Assembly: GCA_963806535.1 (NCBI GenBank)
Contig: CAWDYC010000004.1
Location: forward strand, 32,001 to 96,000
Source: Candidatus Bathyarchaeota archaeon
Lineage (GTDB): Archaea > Thermoproteota > Bathyarchaeia > Bathyarchaeales > Bathycorpusculaceae
Reading direction: 5' to 3'
DNA: 64,000 nucleotides
Under the pieces are notes generated by a model that was given only the letters and a program-made list of their open reading frames with translations, searched no databases and was not told the origin of the DNA. Shown one piece after another: positions 40,269 to 51,133 of this stretch. The stretch's first letter is position 1. Every line of letters begins with the position of its first letter. The position numbers and the translations under genes are program-made.

Positions 40269-41726
40269 TTAAGATTTAGCGGGTGCCTGTTTTCTTACGT
40301 CCCTTCCCCTAATGTAGGAGAATACCCCCGCAATCGCCAAAATAGCTATAGAAGCGTAAAACGCATGGTCTATGCCCGATATGAAGGCTTGGCTTACGCT
40401 GCCCGATAGGCTTTTTGTTCCGACAAACACTTCAAAAGCAACTTGCCTAGGTATCGACGCTGCAGCAACCGAGATTGCTAAAACATAGCTGCCGACTAAC
40501 CCAATGTTTTGTACGGTTCGCAATAAGCCAGAGATGCTGCCATATGAACCTGCTCTTGCATTCGCCATTACAGCACTGTTGTTGGCTGGGAAAAACATAG
40601 AGGTTCCAATGCCTGAAATTGCTGAAGCGAGAAGCACAATATAGAGCGGGGAAGTGGCTCCCAGAGTCAAATAAACGAAGACCGCTACGGCTAAAAAGAA
40701 TATTCCTAATGTTGCGATTTCTCTTGAACCGTATTTGTCAGACAGTCTGCCCATTATTGGACCAAGAAAACTGCCTGCGACATACCCAGGAACCAATAAC
40801 AATGAGGCGTTGAGCGGTGTGAGAGCTCTTATTCCCTGCAAATACATTATTACAAGAAATATCACAGAGAAGTAGCCAACGCTGGTGAAGAAAGCTGACA
40901 AGATGGCGTTCCGCAAAACCTTGATTTTTAAGGCTTCAAAATCAATTAAGGAATTTTCAATACTTCGGTCATACAATATGAAGACAGGTATCAGGGCTGC
41001 TCCAATAACCGCTAAAATAATGCTTAAAGCGCTGATTCCGTTTGCTGCGAAATCTACCAATCCAAAAGACAGTAATACTAATGCTGACGCAAGCAGTCCC
41101 ATTCCAACAAGGTCTAGTTTGGTTGCGGGTCTTTTTTCTATATCTTTGAGGTATTTTAATCCCACAATTACTGCGACTATGCCGATTGGAATGTTTATGA
41201 AGAAAATGAATTGCCAGCTGATATAACTGGTAATTATTCCGCCTAGTACAATGCCAAGTAATGCTCCGGCTGTGAAGCCCAGTGAGTTGTAACCGTAGGC
41301 TCTGCCGCGTTTTTCCCTGGGAAAATAATCCGCTATTATTGCACCGCTGGTTGCTTGCATGATGGCTCCACCTACCGCCTGCACAACTCTGAAGCCAATT
41401 AGTGAGTAAATGTGAGGTGAGAAGCCGCATAGTGCTGAACCAATGGTGAAAATTACAAAGCCTGAGTTGAATATTTTGCTTCTGCCGTATATGTCTCCTA
41501 TTCTTCCCATCTGAGTGGTTGCAACGGCAAGGACGAGTAAATAAGCAAGAATAATCCACAGTGACGTGGCTAGGTCTGATTTTAGGCTGTCATTTATGAC
41601 TGGAAAGGCAAGTAGAACGATGGTGCTGTCCAATGCCCCCATAAGCGTTCCAAGCATGACAATACCTAACACTATGTTGCTATGTTTGGGCGAATTGGAA
41701 ATCGGTACATTAGGTGCTTGTTGCAT
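40269..41726 (-). CDS. MFS transporter (DHA2/EmrB-like)
   Basis: LDSTIV..AFP, GRIGDIYGR, WQFIFFINIPIG. Confidence 0.93.
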   Translation of the reverse strand: MQQAPNVPISNSPKHSNIVLGIVMLGTLMGALDSTIVLLAFPVINDSLKSDLATSLWIILAYLLVLAVATTQMGRIGDIYGRSKIFNSGFVIFTIGSALCGFSPHIYSLIGFRVVQAVGGAIMQATSGAIIADYFPREKRGRAYGYNSLGFTAGALLGIVLGGIITSYISWQFIFFINIPIGIVAVIVGLKYLKDIEKRPATKLDLVGMGLLASALVLLSFGLVDFAANGISALSIILAVIGAALIPVFILYDRSIENSLIDFEALKIKVLRNAILSAFFTSVGYFSVIFLVIMYLQGIRALTPLNASLLLVPGYVAGSFLGPIMGRLSDKYGSREIATLGIFFLAVAVFVYLTLGATSPLYIVLLASAISGIGTSMFFPANNSAVMANARAGSYGSISGLLRTVQNIGLVGSYVLAISVAAASIPRQVAFEVFVGTKSLSGSVSQAFISGIDHAFYASIAILAIAGVFSYIRGRDVRKQAPAKS

Positions 41727-41986
41727 TTCGTTCACTGAACTTTTAAACGTTGTAAACAAAATGGACGAGTTGTTTAATAAATAGCTGTTTAAAACACTGA
41801 AGGCAAATGAACATTTAGAATATTCCTTCAATGCTTTCCGGTGTTGTCCTCGTAGGTGTAAAAATCTGATGAAACCGTTTGGTTTATTTTAATAGAAAAA
41901 GTTTCAATTAAGGTGCAAACAATCCTAATAAACTTTTTCCCGTATTTATGCAAAATTATAAATACAGTTAATTTGATATAGCCGCC

Positions 41987-42031
41987 TGAACGGAAGTGAG
42001 GGCTTGATTAGAAAGCTTGCTTTTCCGTTTA
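41987..42031 (+). promoter_or_regulatory. 5'-UTR stem-loop of surface-protein paralog 5
   Basis: TGAACGGAAGTGAG pairs with CTTGCTTTTCCGTTTA; homologous to 9605-9670; TTATAAATA box about 41956. Confidence 0.55.
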
Positions 42032-42058
42032 ACAAAACTTAAGGAAAGAAAAACAAAA

Positions 42059-44745
42059 ATGAAAACATTAAACTTTAAAACAATAAAAAATAAAACCGCG
42101 ATTGCTTTGATTTCTATATTACTAATGCTCTCGATGACTATAGTTACAATTCCATTAATACATGCAGACGCCCTTCCCGCACCAGGTACTCATATGACCA
42201 CTTATTCATATCTCAACGTGTTTCCGAATCCCGCAGGCATTGGCCAACAAGTAACTCTTGGCATATTCCTTTCAAATGTCTTTCCGACCAACGAAGTCGC
42301 GAAGAACTTCTATGTTGACATTACGGACCCCAATGGAAAACTAACCACGCAAGGACCATATACTTCCGACCTTACTGACGGTACAGTTGCTTACTTTACC
42401 CCTGACACAATTGGGAACTATACAATTGTATTCAGATACGGAGGACAAATGCTGACCAACACCATGGGCTACGTTAATATCACCCAAGACCCTAGCCAAA
42501 GCTTGCCAACTACGCTGGTAGTGCAACAAGAACCCGCAGTACAACACGTGTTTCCGTTCACTCCGCTTCCAACATCATGGTGGCAGACACCAGTATCAGC
42601 TGAGAACTCTCAAAACTGGTACACTTTAACAGGAGCTTGGCTTGGATTACGTGGAAACGATTTTGCATCAACTGGAGGGTACAACGCCTCTGGCTACTAT
42701 AACCCATATACCGAATCGGTAAATGCTGGGCACGTCCTTTGGACGAAGCCTTGGCTAGCGGGCGGTGTAGCAGGAGGAATAAACGGTGGAGGAGAAGTCA
42801 CAAGTCACTATTGGTCAACGTTCCAGTACACACCAAGGTATGCACCAGTCTGCATCAACGGAATACTCTACTCAACGCAGTATAGCTTCGGCATGAGCTC
42901 TGGCGCTAATAACGGCATCGTTGCAATGAACTTATACACTGGAGAAACTCTATGGACAATAAACACTACTAACGCGTTGCGCTGCGGTAGCATATTCTAC
43001 ATGTATACGATTAATGACTATGGTGTTCGTGGTCCGTGGCTTTGGACTACAGGCACTCTTCCAGCATGCGACACGGGTGGAAACTTTCATTGCTGGTCCA
43101 GGTCAATCATCAACTTATATGAACACTACAGGAACGCAATGGAACCTCTATGATGGCGTAACTGGGCAATACGTTATGAGCGTAGTCAACGGCTCCTCTC
43201 TGACACTCGGACAAGATCCCAATGGCGACTTGATAGGCTATTTCACGAACAGCACTGCTGGCACACAAGTCATCCATCCGACGGCTGGAACAACAGCGTT
43301 GGCAACAACCACTGGAACCCACGTGACAGCTGTCAACCTGACGACATGCATGGGAGTAACCGCCGCTATGAGTCCGACCAACCTTAACAGGAACACCGTA
43401 CGAGCCATGCAAACAGGATACATATTTGACGTAAATGTGCCAACAAACATGAGCGGCGTAGTATTTTCCCCAGCTCTGGGCTTGTCTTCAGTAACTGGCG
43501 ATGCTTTAGTATTCACTGGAGGATCTATTATGGCTGGAACAATGGGCTTCGTCACTATGGCAAGCTTGGATGCCTTTACTGGTCAATACTTAAGCGCGAC
43601 AAACATAACGTATCCTGGAACGAAAGCGCTGCTCCCATACACAAGAGAGATGTCAGGAGCCGGCGACGGACTATATATTATGGGCAACGACGTTAACATG
43701 GACATTGTAGCTTACAACGCACGCACCTGTACTAAAGCATGGGACACACAATTGTTTGGAACCAATGGCGCTACACCTAACATCTACGACCTATTCCAGA
43801 TAAAACCCTACTTTGGAAAGGGTCTTAGCATCTGGGAAGCTTTAGGAGGCGATATCTGGGCAATAAATACTACAACAGGAGCCGTGGTTTGGTATGCAAA
43901 CACGACAATGTGGAGCGGTTCATCTGGAATTGAGACTCCCTACAACGTATGGCCAGTATGGGTCTTCAGTAGCAGCTGCGTTTCTAACGACGTTGGATAC
44001 TTTGCTGGAGGACATGAATATAACCCGCCGCTATTCCACGGAGCACAACTATATGCAGTAAACATGACTGATGGCTCGCTGGTATGGAAAGAACTAGACA
44101 CAAGCGTTACTTCGACGATTATTGCTTACGGAAAGGTAGTGTCTCTAAACGCTTATGACAACCAGTTGTATTGCTTCGGCAAAGGTCCAAGCGATTTGAC
44201 TGTGGAGGCTCCAAGCGTGGGAATTACAACGGCTGCACCAATAACTATCACAGGCACAATAACCGATGCGTCTGCGGGCACAAGCCAACTGTTGGTCAAA
44301 TCTAACTTCCCCAACGGTCTACCATGCGTCTCTGATGCAAGCGAAAGTCAATTCATGGAAGCTGTCTACCAACAACAGACAATGCCAAATAACATAACTG
44401 GTGTACCAATAACAATTAGTGTTCTTGACTCCAACAACAACTATAGGGTTATCGGCACAACGACGAGCGATTATACAGGACACTTTGGCTTAAATTGGAC
44501 ACCGGACATCCCTGGCAACTACACAGTCATTGCTAACTTCCAAGGTTCGAACAGCTACTATCCATCGTCTTCTTCAACTTACTTCAGCGCTATCTCACCA
44601 GCGACAGTAACATCCACACCGCAAGCAGTTCAACTAGGCTTAGCAACAACTAACGACTTAATGATGTACATGACAATCAGCGTTGTCGCCATCATAATTG
44701 CAATAGCAATAGCCGTATTATTGATACTCAGGAAAACAACCTTAA
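42059..44745 (+). CDS. PQQ-like beta-propeller surface protein (paralog 5; frameshifts near 43080 and 44735)
   Basis: Signal peptide; FPNPAGIGQQ, GHEYNPPLFHGAQL, PNGLPCVSDAS; restored end RKQP* matches the paralogs. Confidence 0.9.
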
Positions 44746-44920
44746 ACACAAAACAATTTTCCTTTTCTTTTTTTTAAAGCCAAATCAAAACTTTAACCTT
44801 AAAGTTGCAGCCCTAAGCTTAAGAAATATGTATTATAAATCGAAAACTATGGGGATAAGTAATTATAATTCATAAAGCGTATTTTTAAAACAAATCCATT
44901 TCCAGTTGGGATTCCCCTAA

Positions 44921-45481
44921 ATGCCAGAAAAAAACGCTTCTGCCATCGACATATTCGGCATGCTATCAGAAGACAGTCCTGAAGAGGCAAAAAAGAAGCG
45001 TAGGCAAGAACTTTTGGCACCAACAGGCGTAAAAGAACTTTTCAAAGAAGGCAAAATAAACATAAACAAATTTACTTGCGTTGGCGGCCAATGCAGGTTA
45101 TGCGTTAATGCTTGCCCAACTAACGCTCTCTACTGGGGAACAGGAGAAGTAGGAATCAGCGAGGACTTATGCGTTTACTGCGGTGCATGCGTTTCTAACT
45201 GCATGGTTGATGACTGCATAAAAATCGAGCGAAAACGGGAAGACGGCAAAATTGAAAAATTCAGCAAGCCAAACGATGTCGTCATGCTTGACGAAAAAAT
45301 AAGCGGAAAAAAACGTTTTGACCGTGTAAAAGCAATTTTTCCAACTATATCAAAGTACTGTGAAAATTATTGTAATACGCCAAAGGATGAACATGATTTT
45401 TTTGGTTACGTTAATAAAAGCACTAAAAAGCAAACGCAAAAGCAACAAAAACTAAGGCGGCATAATCGAGGCAACCGTTGA
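44921..45481 (+). CDS. 4Fe-4S dicluster protein
   Basis: CVGGQCRLCVNACP and CVYCGACVSNC; 3' end possibly frameshifted. Confidence 0.85.
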   Translation: MPEKNASAIDIFGMLSEDSPEEAKKKRRQELLAPTGVKELFKEGKININKFTCVGGQCRLCVNACPTNALYWGTGEVGISEDLCVYCGACVSNCMVDDCIKIERKREDGKIEKFSKPNDVVMLDEKISGKKRFDRVKAIFPTISKYCENYCNTPKDEHDFFGYVNKSTKKQTQKQQKLRRHNRGNR

Positions 45482-46607
45482 GCTTCGGGTAGAAAGCTCC
45501 ATTTTGTCCCCGTACCCCTTTTTCACAAAAACATTTTCTAAACGCAGTTTATCTCCAATCTTTAATGCATTAAGGGCTTCTGCATGTTGTCGCCAAGCTG
45601 AAACTCTGATTATTGCCTGACTCATCTTTTAGTTCAAAAACCAACAACTTCACTGTTTCGCCTTTCGCTGTGGTTACTTCTTTGCTTTCAAGAATCGCTG
45701 AAACAACGCCTTCAACATTGGCGCTAAGGTTCTCAGTTAAACTGTTTATTTTCGCAAACTTCATCTCAGCAGCTTGAACATTAACAAAACTTGTGAAATC
45801 AACATGGACTTCTATGCCACCGTTTTTGGTTTCTTTCACTTTAGCGTTACCCAACTGCAAACATGCGTTTGCTTTGAGGGTTTTTTCAAGTTCTTGTGCT
45901 TTTTCATTCCAAGCAACCACAGTCACTTCTCCCGAATCATCGGCTAAAGTGAACCGCATGACGGTTCCGTCGCTTTGATCGCTTCGAGTGAATTTGGTTA
46001 ATCCTAAAACCGCTTTTACTGTGCCTGAAAGATGTACATTTCCAGATGTTTTGTTTAGGCAGCTTATTTTGGTGGCAAACTTGTCGATGGCTACGTATTC
46101 GCAGGCTTTTTCTTGAGGCTCCACTTCAATTTGGCTTTTACCGCCAATATGCAACTCAACTTTGCCGTACAGATCCTGCCGAGTATACCCATGAAGAAGC
46201 CGAATTGCTTGTCCAACTTTTAACTCGCCCTTCTCAACTAAATCAGCTTTATCATTCCACAAAACCACCCTTAAAATGCCATCATTATCCGCAATCATTA
46301 AAGTGGCAAATTTACCTGGTTTTTCTCCTTCAAAAGTTCGAGCTGGAAAAACAGCAACTAATCGACCCGCCACAGTAACATCATTTAGTCCAGCAAACAA
46401 ACGGCTTATGGATAAATTTCCATCATTATGAATTGTGTTTTGCTGCACTTCAACGCCGTATTTTGCTGCAATTAACCTCAAAAGCGTTTCATCGCCAAGC
46501 AACCCGCCTGTTCTGGATTTTTCAGCTTGGAGCTTTTCAAGCACCTGCTTTTCTGTAATTTCAGGGTTTTTCGCGAGAATGCTGTCGATGATTTCTTGAG
46601 TGGTCAT
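45452..46607 (-). CDS. Replication protein A-like multi-OB-fold ssDNA-binding protein (frameshift near 45610)
   Basis: Three OB folds (IADNDG.LRVVLWN, LADDSGEV.VVAWN, LKDESG..VSAW). Confidence 0.88.
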
Positions 46608-46729
46608 TTTGCGCCGACACGATAAAGATATGCTGGCGCTTTTAATTTTTTGCATTTTATGCCATTACTTATTATGTTTATTAAAAACGCTGTTTCTTTT
46701 TTAGTTTGGATCGCTGGAGGAAAAAACGG

Positions 46730-46990
46730 GTGGACGCAGCAATTTTTTATTCACTTGGCGTGGCGTTAATTGCTGTTGGAATAATCATTATTGTTGTAGC
46801 AATCATTTTAGCGTCGATGCGTGGTGCTGGGAAGGGAAAGGTGAAGGGTGCAGGTGTAATTATGATTGGTCCTGTGCCGATAATTTTTGGAACAGACAAA
46901 AAATCGGTCAAAACCGTTTTGGTGCTCGCTTTAGCCCTTACTGTAGCTGTGATTATTGCCATGGTAATTTTCTATTGGCTATTGAGGTAG
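46730..46990 (+). CDS. DUF131 (TIGR00304) membrane protein
   Basis: GAGVIMIGPVPIIFGTD. Confidence 0.85.
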   Translation: MDAAIFYSLGVALIAVGIIIIVVAIILASMRGAGKGKVKGAGVIMIGPVPIIFGTDKKSVKTVLVLALALTVAVIIAMVIFYWLLR

Positions 46991-46996
46991 AACGGC

Positions 46997-47317
46997 ATGT
47001 TACGAAGCACGCAAGAAAATGAAGATGAAGGCATTGAAGTGTCTAGCAGGCTTTTCGGCTTTTTGATTTTAGGGGTAGCTTTGATTTTTATTGGCATAGT
47101 CGTTTTGGTAGTTGCTTCAGTGGTTTTAGGCGGTTCAGGAAGTGTTGGAGTTGTTATTTTTATTGGGCCATTTCCCATTGTTTTTGGTAAAGGACCTGAT
47201 GCTGTTTGGCTAATTTTGATTGGAATAATAATTGCTGTTTTGAGCATTGTGCTCTTTTTAATAATGAATAGAAGAATGGGACGGTTTCGGCGATTAGAAG
47301 TAAAGGAAATTTATTGA
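46997..47317 (+). CDS. DUF131-like membrane protein (tandem paralog)
   Basis: GVVIFIGPFPIVFG. Confidence 0.8.
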   Translation: MLRSTQENEDEGIEVSSRLFGFLILGVALIFIGIVVLVVASVVLGGSGSVGVVIFIGPFPIVFGKGPDAVWLILIGIIIAVLSIVLFLIMNRRMGRFRRLEVKEIY

Positions 47318-47436
47318 GTCTCTGTCTCTTCTTCTTCTTTGCCGTAATACACGTAAAGGAAGATCAGGGTTAATGCAATAAATATTGAGCCCATGAGGAC
47401 ATATTGTAAACTTACGAAGTATGCGCCTAAATCCAT
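47311..47436 (-). CDS. 41-aa single-TM microprotein
   Basis: MDLGAYFVSLQYVLMGSIFIALTLIFLYVYYGKEEEETETQ; AAGGA-like RBS upstream. Confidence 0.55.
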   Translation of the reverse strand: MDLGAYFVSLQYVLMGSIFIALTLIFLYVYYGKEEEETETQ

Positions 47437-47482
47437 AGAGATTCATCCTTACATTTTGTCATATTCTTATACCTCTTAATAT

Positions 47483-47895
47483 TTAAGGAGTAGCTTTTTT
47501 CCACTCATTCATCAACATATCATAAGTATCATCATTTTCATCTATTGTTTCAAACCAGTTTAGGTTCTGCGCAACCTTCTGCGTTAACAAATGATAACAC
47601 ATATGCACTTTTTTATCTAAAACCCGAAAGTAAAAATCATCACACGTACAGAATTCGGCTTCAGGCATAATCAAATAGTCCCGCTCTCTTCCAACAACAA
47701 TCCAAACAATTCTCCCACTTGGCTTGAAAACATACTTTTTCACCCGATTCTCTTTTAGATGCATCTAAGGCTTTTGTGAATCTTGACCCAAAAAGCTCAT
47801 AGAGTCTCCGTTATGTTGGTTCCTGACAGTTTGCCTTCTGCCTTTGCTTCTCGACAAATATCGTTTAACGTATCTATTTCTGAATTGCCGCTCAT
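47483..47895 (-). CDS. SWIM zinc-finger protein (frameshifted)
   Basis: FCTCDDF...CYHL; ATG at 47895. Confidence 0.8.
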
Positions 47896-47940
47896 TTCTA
47901 CACTCGCTACTGAAAGATAGGTGGAAAGTGAATTTAGCTT

Positions 47941-48536
47941 TTAGCCTATGTCGATTGGTTCGCCTTTCGGCTTGTTTTCTGTTTCGGCCTTAGGAAGCAC
48001 TACTTCCAAGACGCCGTTTTTGTAGGTTGAATTTGCTTCTTTAACCTTTACTTTTGACTGGCAACTCAACTTCTTTGAAGTACTTGTATTGAGGAGTATC
48101 AACTGAAATTGTTAGTGAATCTTCTGTGCCGTAAAGTTTTATGTCGGTTTTTTCTACTCCTGGCAACTCCGCAACCACATGAACATCTTCGTTTGTTTCA
48201 ACAATATCTACAAGTGGCTCGCGTTCTTCCTTAACCTGAGGTGCCCCTTTCAAGTCCTTTTTTTATGTTGCCGAACTCTTGAATTTCAGGTTTGCCGTCA
48301 GGACCAATCTTCATGCTGTAACCGTAAACGAAGGGTCCAAGCTCTTTGACGGTGCTTCCGTCGGGAAGTTTGCGTTCCTTAACGTATTCTTTAGGCACTT
48401 TGTCCGTGAAATTTTTTAGTTCTTCATCCATCATTTTTTCCATTTCACGGAACATGTCATCTATGTCACCGAAAAACGGGTCTTTATCCCGCCGTTTCTT
48501 TGACCATTCAGGATAATCCTCGTTATCTGAAGACAT
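47941..48536 (-). CDS. hsp20: Archaeal small heat-shock protein Hsp20 (frameshifted)
   Basis: GPFVYGYSMKIGPDGKP, EREPLVD, AELPGVEK, YKNGVLEV. Confidence 0.93.
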
Positions 48537-49122
48537 TTACACTCACCAACCCTAGTTTATGTTTTCGCTCCAATAAGTTTTATGTAAAACAAAATGCCTA
48601 TTTTATGATGCAGAAAGGTACTTTTGACGATGGCACGCTTCCGAGAATGAGATTGAGACGAAGAAATTGCCTGCTTCTCATAGAACTGCATCTGGAACAT
48701 ACGTGACCCAATCAGGAACAAGGAAGCATTAAACTTTCACAAAAGGTCAGATTTTCAAAAACTCATTAAATTGCAGAAGTACACTCGTGCTCGATACTTT
48801 CACGGCATAAAAACGTCGTGCAAGTTCAATCGCACATAAAATTCATGGAAAAATGGTTCAAAACTTCACACTGCTCCAAGCCATTTCCACAAAGATTTAG
48901 TAATTCTAAGCCTTTTTTAGACGTTTTCCAAGTTAAAAAATAAGAACTTTTTGAACCCTCAGGTTCAATTTAGCCCAGCAATGCTTCTCAAACTTCATCC
49001 ACGGCAAACTACTTGCGACCTACTTAACGCAGCAAGCAAATCTTTGAGGTCTTTTTAAAAGTTTAAATGATGGAAAACAAACTAAATCTCTTCAGCCACC
49101 AAAAAACGGTGGCAATTTGTGT

Positions 49123-49231
49123 GCCGGGGTAGCCTAGCCTGGCTAGGGCGCCAGACTCATAATCTGGAGTTTGTAAGGGGCAAGCGCCTTACGACCAGAA
49201 GTCACGGGCTCGAATCCCGTTCCCGGCACCA
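49123..49231 (+). tRNA. tRNA-Met(CAU), elongator type, with a 31-nt intron at position 45/46 (49170-49200)
   Basis: GCCGGGG/TCCCGGC-A-CCA; intact anticodon arm CCAGA-CTCATAA-TCTGG; bulge-helix-bulge CTGG-AGT...CCAG-AAG; splicing restores the AGGTC variable loop. Confidence 0.9.
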
Positions 49232-49321
49232 ATTTTTACTATTTCCCACCTGATTTTGCGAGAAACCAAAAATCTTAAACCAATGACATCTCAAATAACT
49301 TTTTAACGGTTGAAGTGAAAC

Positions 49322-49678
49322 ATGAAAGACTACGATAACTTTTTTCTTCCAAGCAGCGACTTAAAAAAGGGCAAAGAATTCTACCAAGACATGCTAGGAA
49401 TGCCTGTTAAGTTTGATTTCTCAGACATGGGCATGGTCGCGTTTAAAGTCGGCGATAATGAGCCTGCAATTATCTTAAAAGACACCGCCAAGTTTCCAGA
49501 AACAAAACCGACCATCTGGTTCGTGGTTGACAATGTGCAGGAAGAATATAAGCGCCTTAAAGCGAAAGGGCTACAGTTTCTGTCTGAACCTTTTGAGATT
49601 CACACTGGAATGGCGGTTGAGTTTGAAGATCCATTTGGCAACAGATTGGGCTTTACAGATTATACAAAAAGAAAGTAG
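49322..49678 (+). CDS. VOC/glyoxalase family protein
   Basis: EFYQDMLG, WFVVDNV, FEDPFGNRL. Confidence 0.9.
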   Translation: MKDYDNFFLPSSDLKKGKEFYQDMLGMPVKFDFSDMGMVAFKVGDNEPAIILKDTAKFPETKPTIWFVVDNVQEEYKRLKAKGLQFLSEPFEIHTGMAVEFEDPFGNRLGFTDYTKRK

Positions 49679-49689
49679 AGTCAGTAAGT

Positions 49690-50928
49690 TTATGACGAAT
49701 TAGTTCTTCTGCGTGTCGCCCGATACACAACTAATATGGCTACAATGACAATAATCGCAATTACAATGGCAATATAAATTACCAAATTAGCGCTAGGACC
49801 GATCGACCCCGGTATTGATGTGTGTGTTGGTGTTGGGCTTGGAATTGGGGTTGAGCTAATGACGAGACTACTAGTACCGGTACTCGACAAATAATCGGTG
49901 CTACCACCAAACGATGCACTTATAACGCAAGTTTGAGGATCGATATTAACATTATATGACATTACTGCTTTTCCTGAAGAGTCGGTGTTTGATAAGCCTA
50001 AATCTGTTTGAAATATAGAGAAACTTATTTGCTGATTGATTAATGGGTTACCGTTATCATCTAAAAGCTGGGCAGTTATCAGAGTCGAGTCCCCTTTCTC
50101 GGTCACTGATGGATTTACATTAACGGTGATTTTTGTTCCTAAAGGTGTTATATTTACCGGAGCATTCACATTTTCGATGTGCGATGTTCCCCTAAAGTCG
50201 TTGTATGTTATTGTAAAACTGACAGTGGCAGTGCCTATTGATAATGTACTTGGTGCTACAACTGAAAAGCTTGTGGATTTCGTTCCCTGACTTGATATAT
50301 CCCCTAAATCGGACGACATGGGCAATGTTTGTAGACCGCTTGAATCAACAATTGAGATGGAAGCCTTATACATAACATCGTTTCCGCCATTTTGGAAGCT
50401 GACGGACCAATCGGTAGCTGATGTTTTTCCTTTTTCAGTGGAAATCTGGGTTGGTTGCCAATTTGCCACGAAGAGTTTTACAACTTGAATACTGAAAGTT
50501 TTGGAGTCTTCCAAATAGTTTGTTCCAGAACTATCCCACCATAATTCTACTCTGCAGTTTAAAGTGGTGGGGCCAGACGGATTAAATGTCCATTGTCGTC
50601 CATCGGCGGTTCCTCTAAGGTCATAGTTTTCATTAGAGGTATAAAACAAAGCATTGTTTTCATAAAATTTAATGTAAATATTAGCTCCTAAAACACCACA
50701 TTTACTATTTTGATATGTTGCATGTATTGTGGTAAGTTGTCCATCATAAACTTGAGTAGTTCCACCATTCAAAATATTAATTGAACTATTGCCATTGGTA
50801 ACGTTTATGCCGTTAAAGGAAGCGTCATAATAAGGCTGAGCATAAGCAAATTGCACTATGCCAAAAACTGAACTTAACGTGATTAATGAAATTATTATGA
50901 TTGCTGACGTTAACAATTTGCGTTTCAT
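49690..50928 (-). CDS. Membrane-anchored Ig-like surface protein
   Basis: Signal peptide, S/T/N-rich beta domains, PT linker, TM + RRR. Confidence 0.8.
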   Translation of the reverse strand: MKRKLLTSAIIIISLITLSSVFGIVQFAYAQPYYDASFNGINVTNGNSSINILNGGTTQVYDGQLTTIHATYQNSKCGVLGANIYIKFYENNALFYTSNENYDLRGTADGRQWTFNPSGPTTLNCRVELWWDSSGTNYLEDSKTFSIQVVKLFVANWQPTQISTEKGKTSATDWSVSFQNGGNDVMYKASISIVDSSGLQTLPMSSDLGDISSQGTKSTSFSVVAPSTLSIGTATVSFTITYNDFRGTSHIENVNAPVNITPLGTKITVNVNPSVTEKGDSTLITAQLLDDNGNPLINQQISFSIFQTDLGLSNTDSSGKAVMSYNVNIDPQTCVISASFGGSTDYLSSTGTSSLVISSTPIPSPTPTHTSIPGSIGPSANLVIYIAIVIAIIVIVAILVVYRATRRRTNSS

Positions 50929-51133
50929 TATATTTGCCCTATTCTTTATTCGATAGAACTTAACTTAAAACTTGTGAAGCGCAAATATGTAAAATGCTAA
51001 AGTTTTAATTTAATATATGATGTGGGTTTTCATATTAGACAGTATAGGTCCATGTAACTTAAAACTAACATAATTGCTATTTAAGCCAAACTCTTTTTTT
51101 ATTTCTAATCTTTAACTAATTAGGCGGTCTGAA

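Noticed and set aside
1-44745. Diversity-generating retroelement acting on the surface paralogs
   Set aside because: No reverse transcriptase and no TR/VR pair with adenine-specific differences seen in the window.
48560-49080. ORF-poor stretch before tRNA-Met, possible decayed gene
   Set aside because: I could not recover any recognisable motif in any frame.
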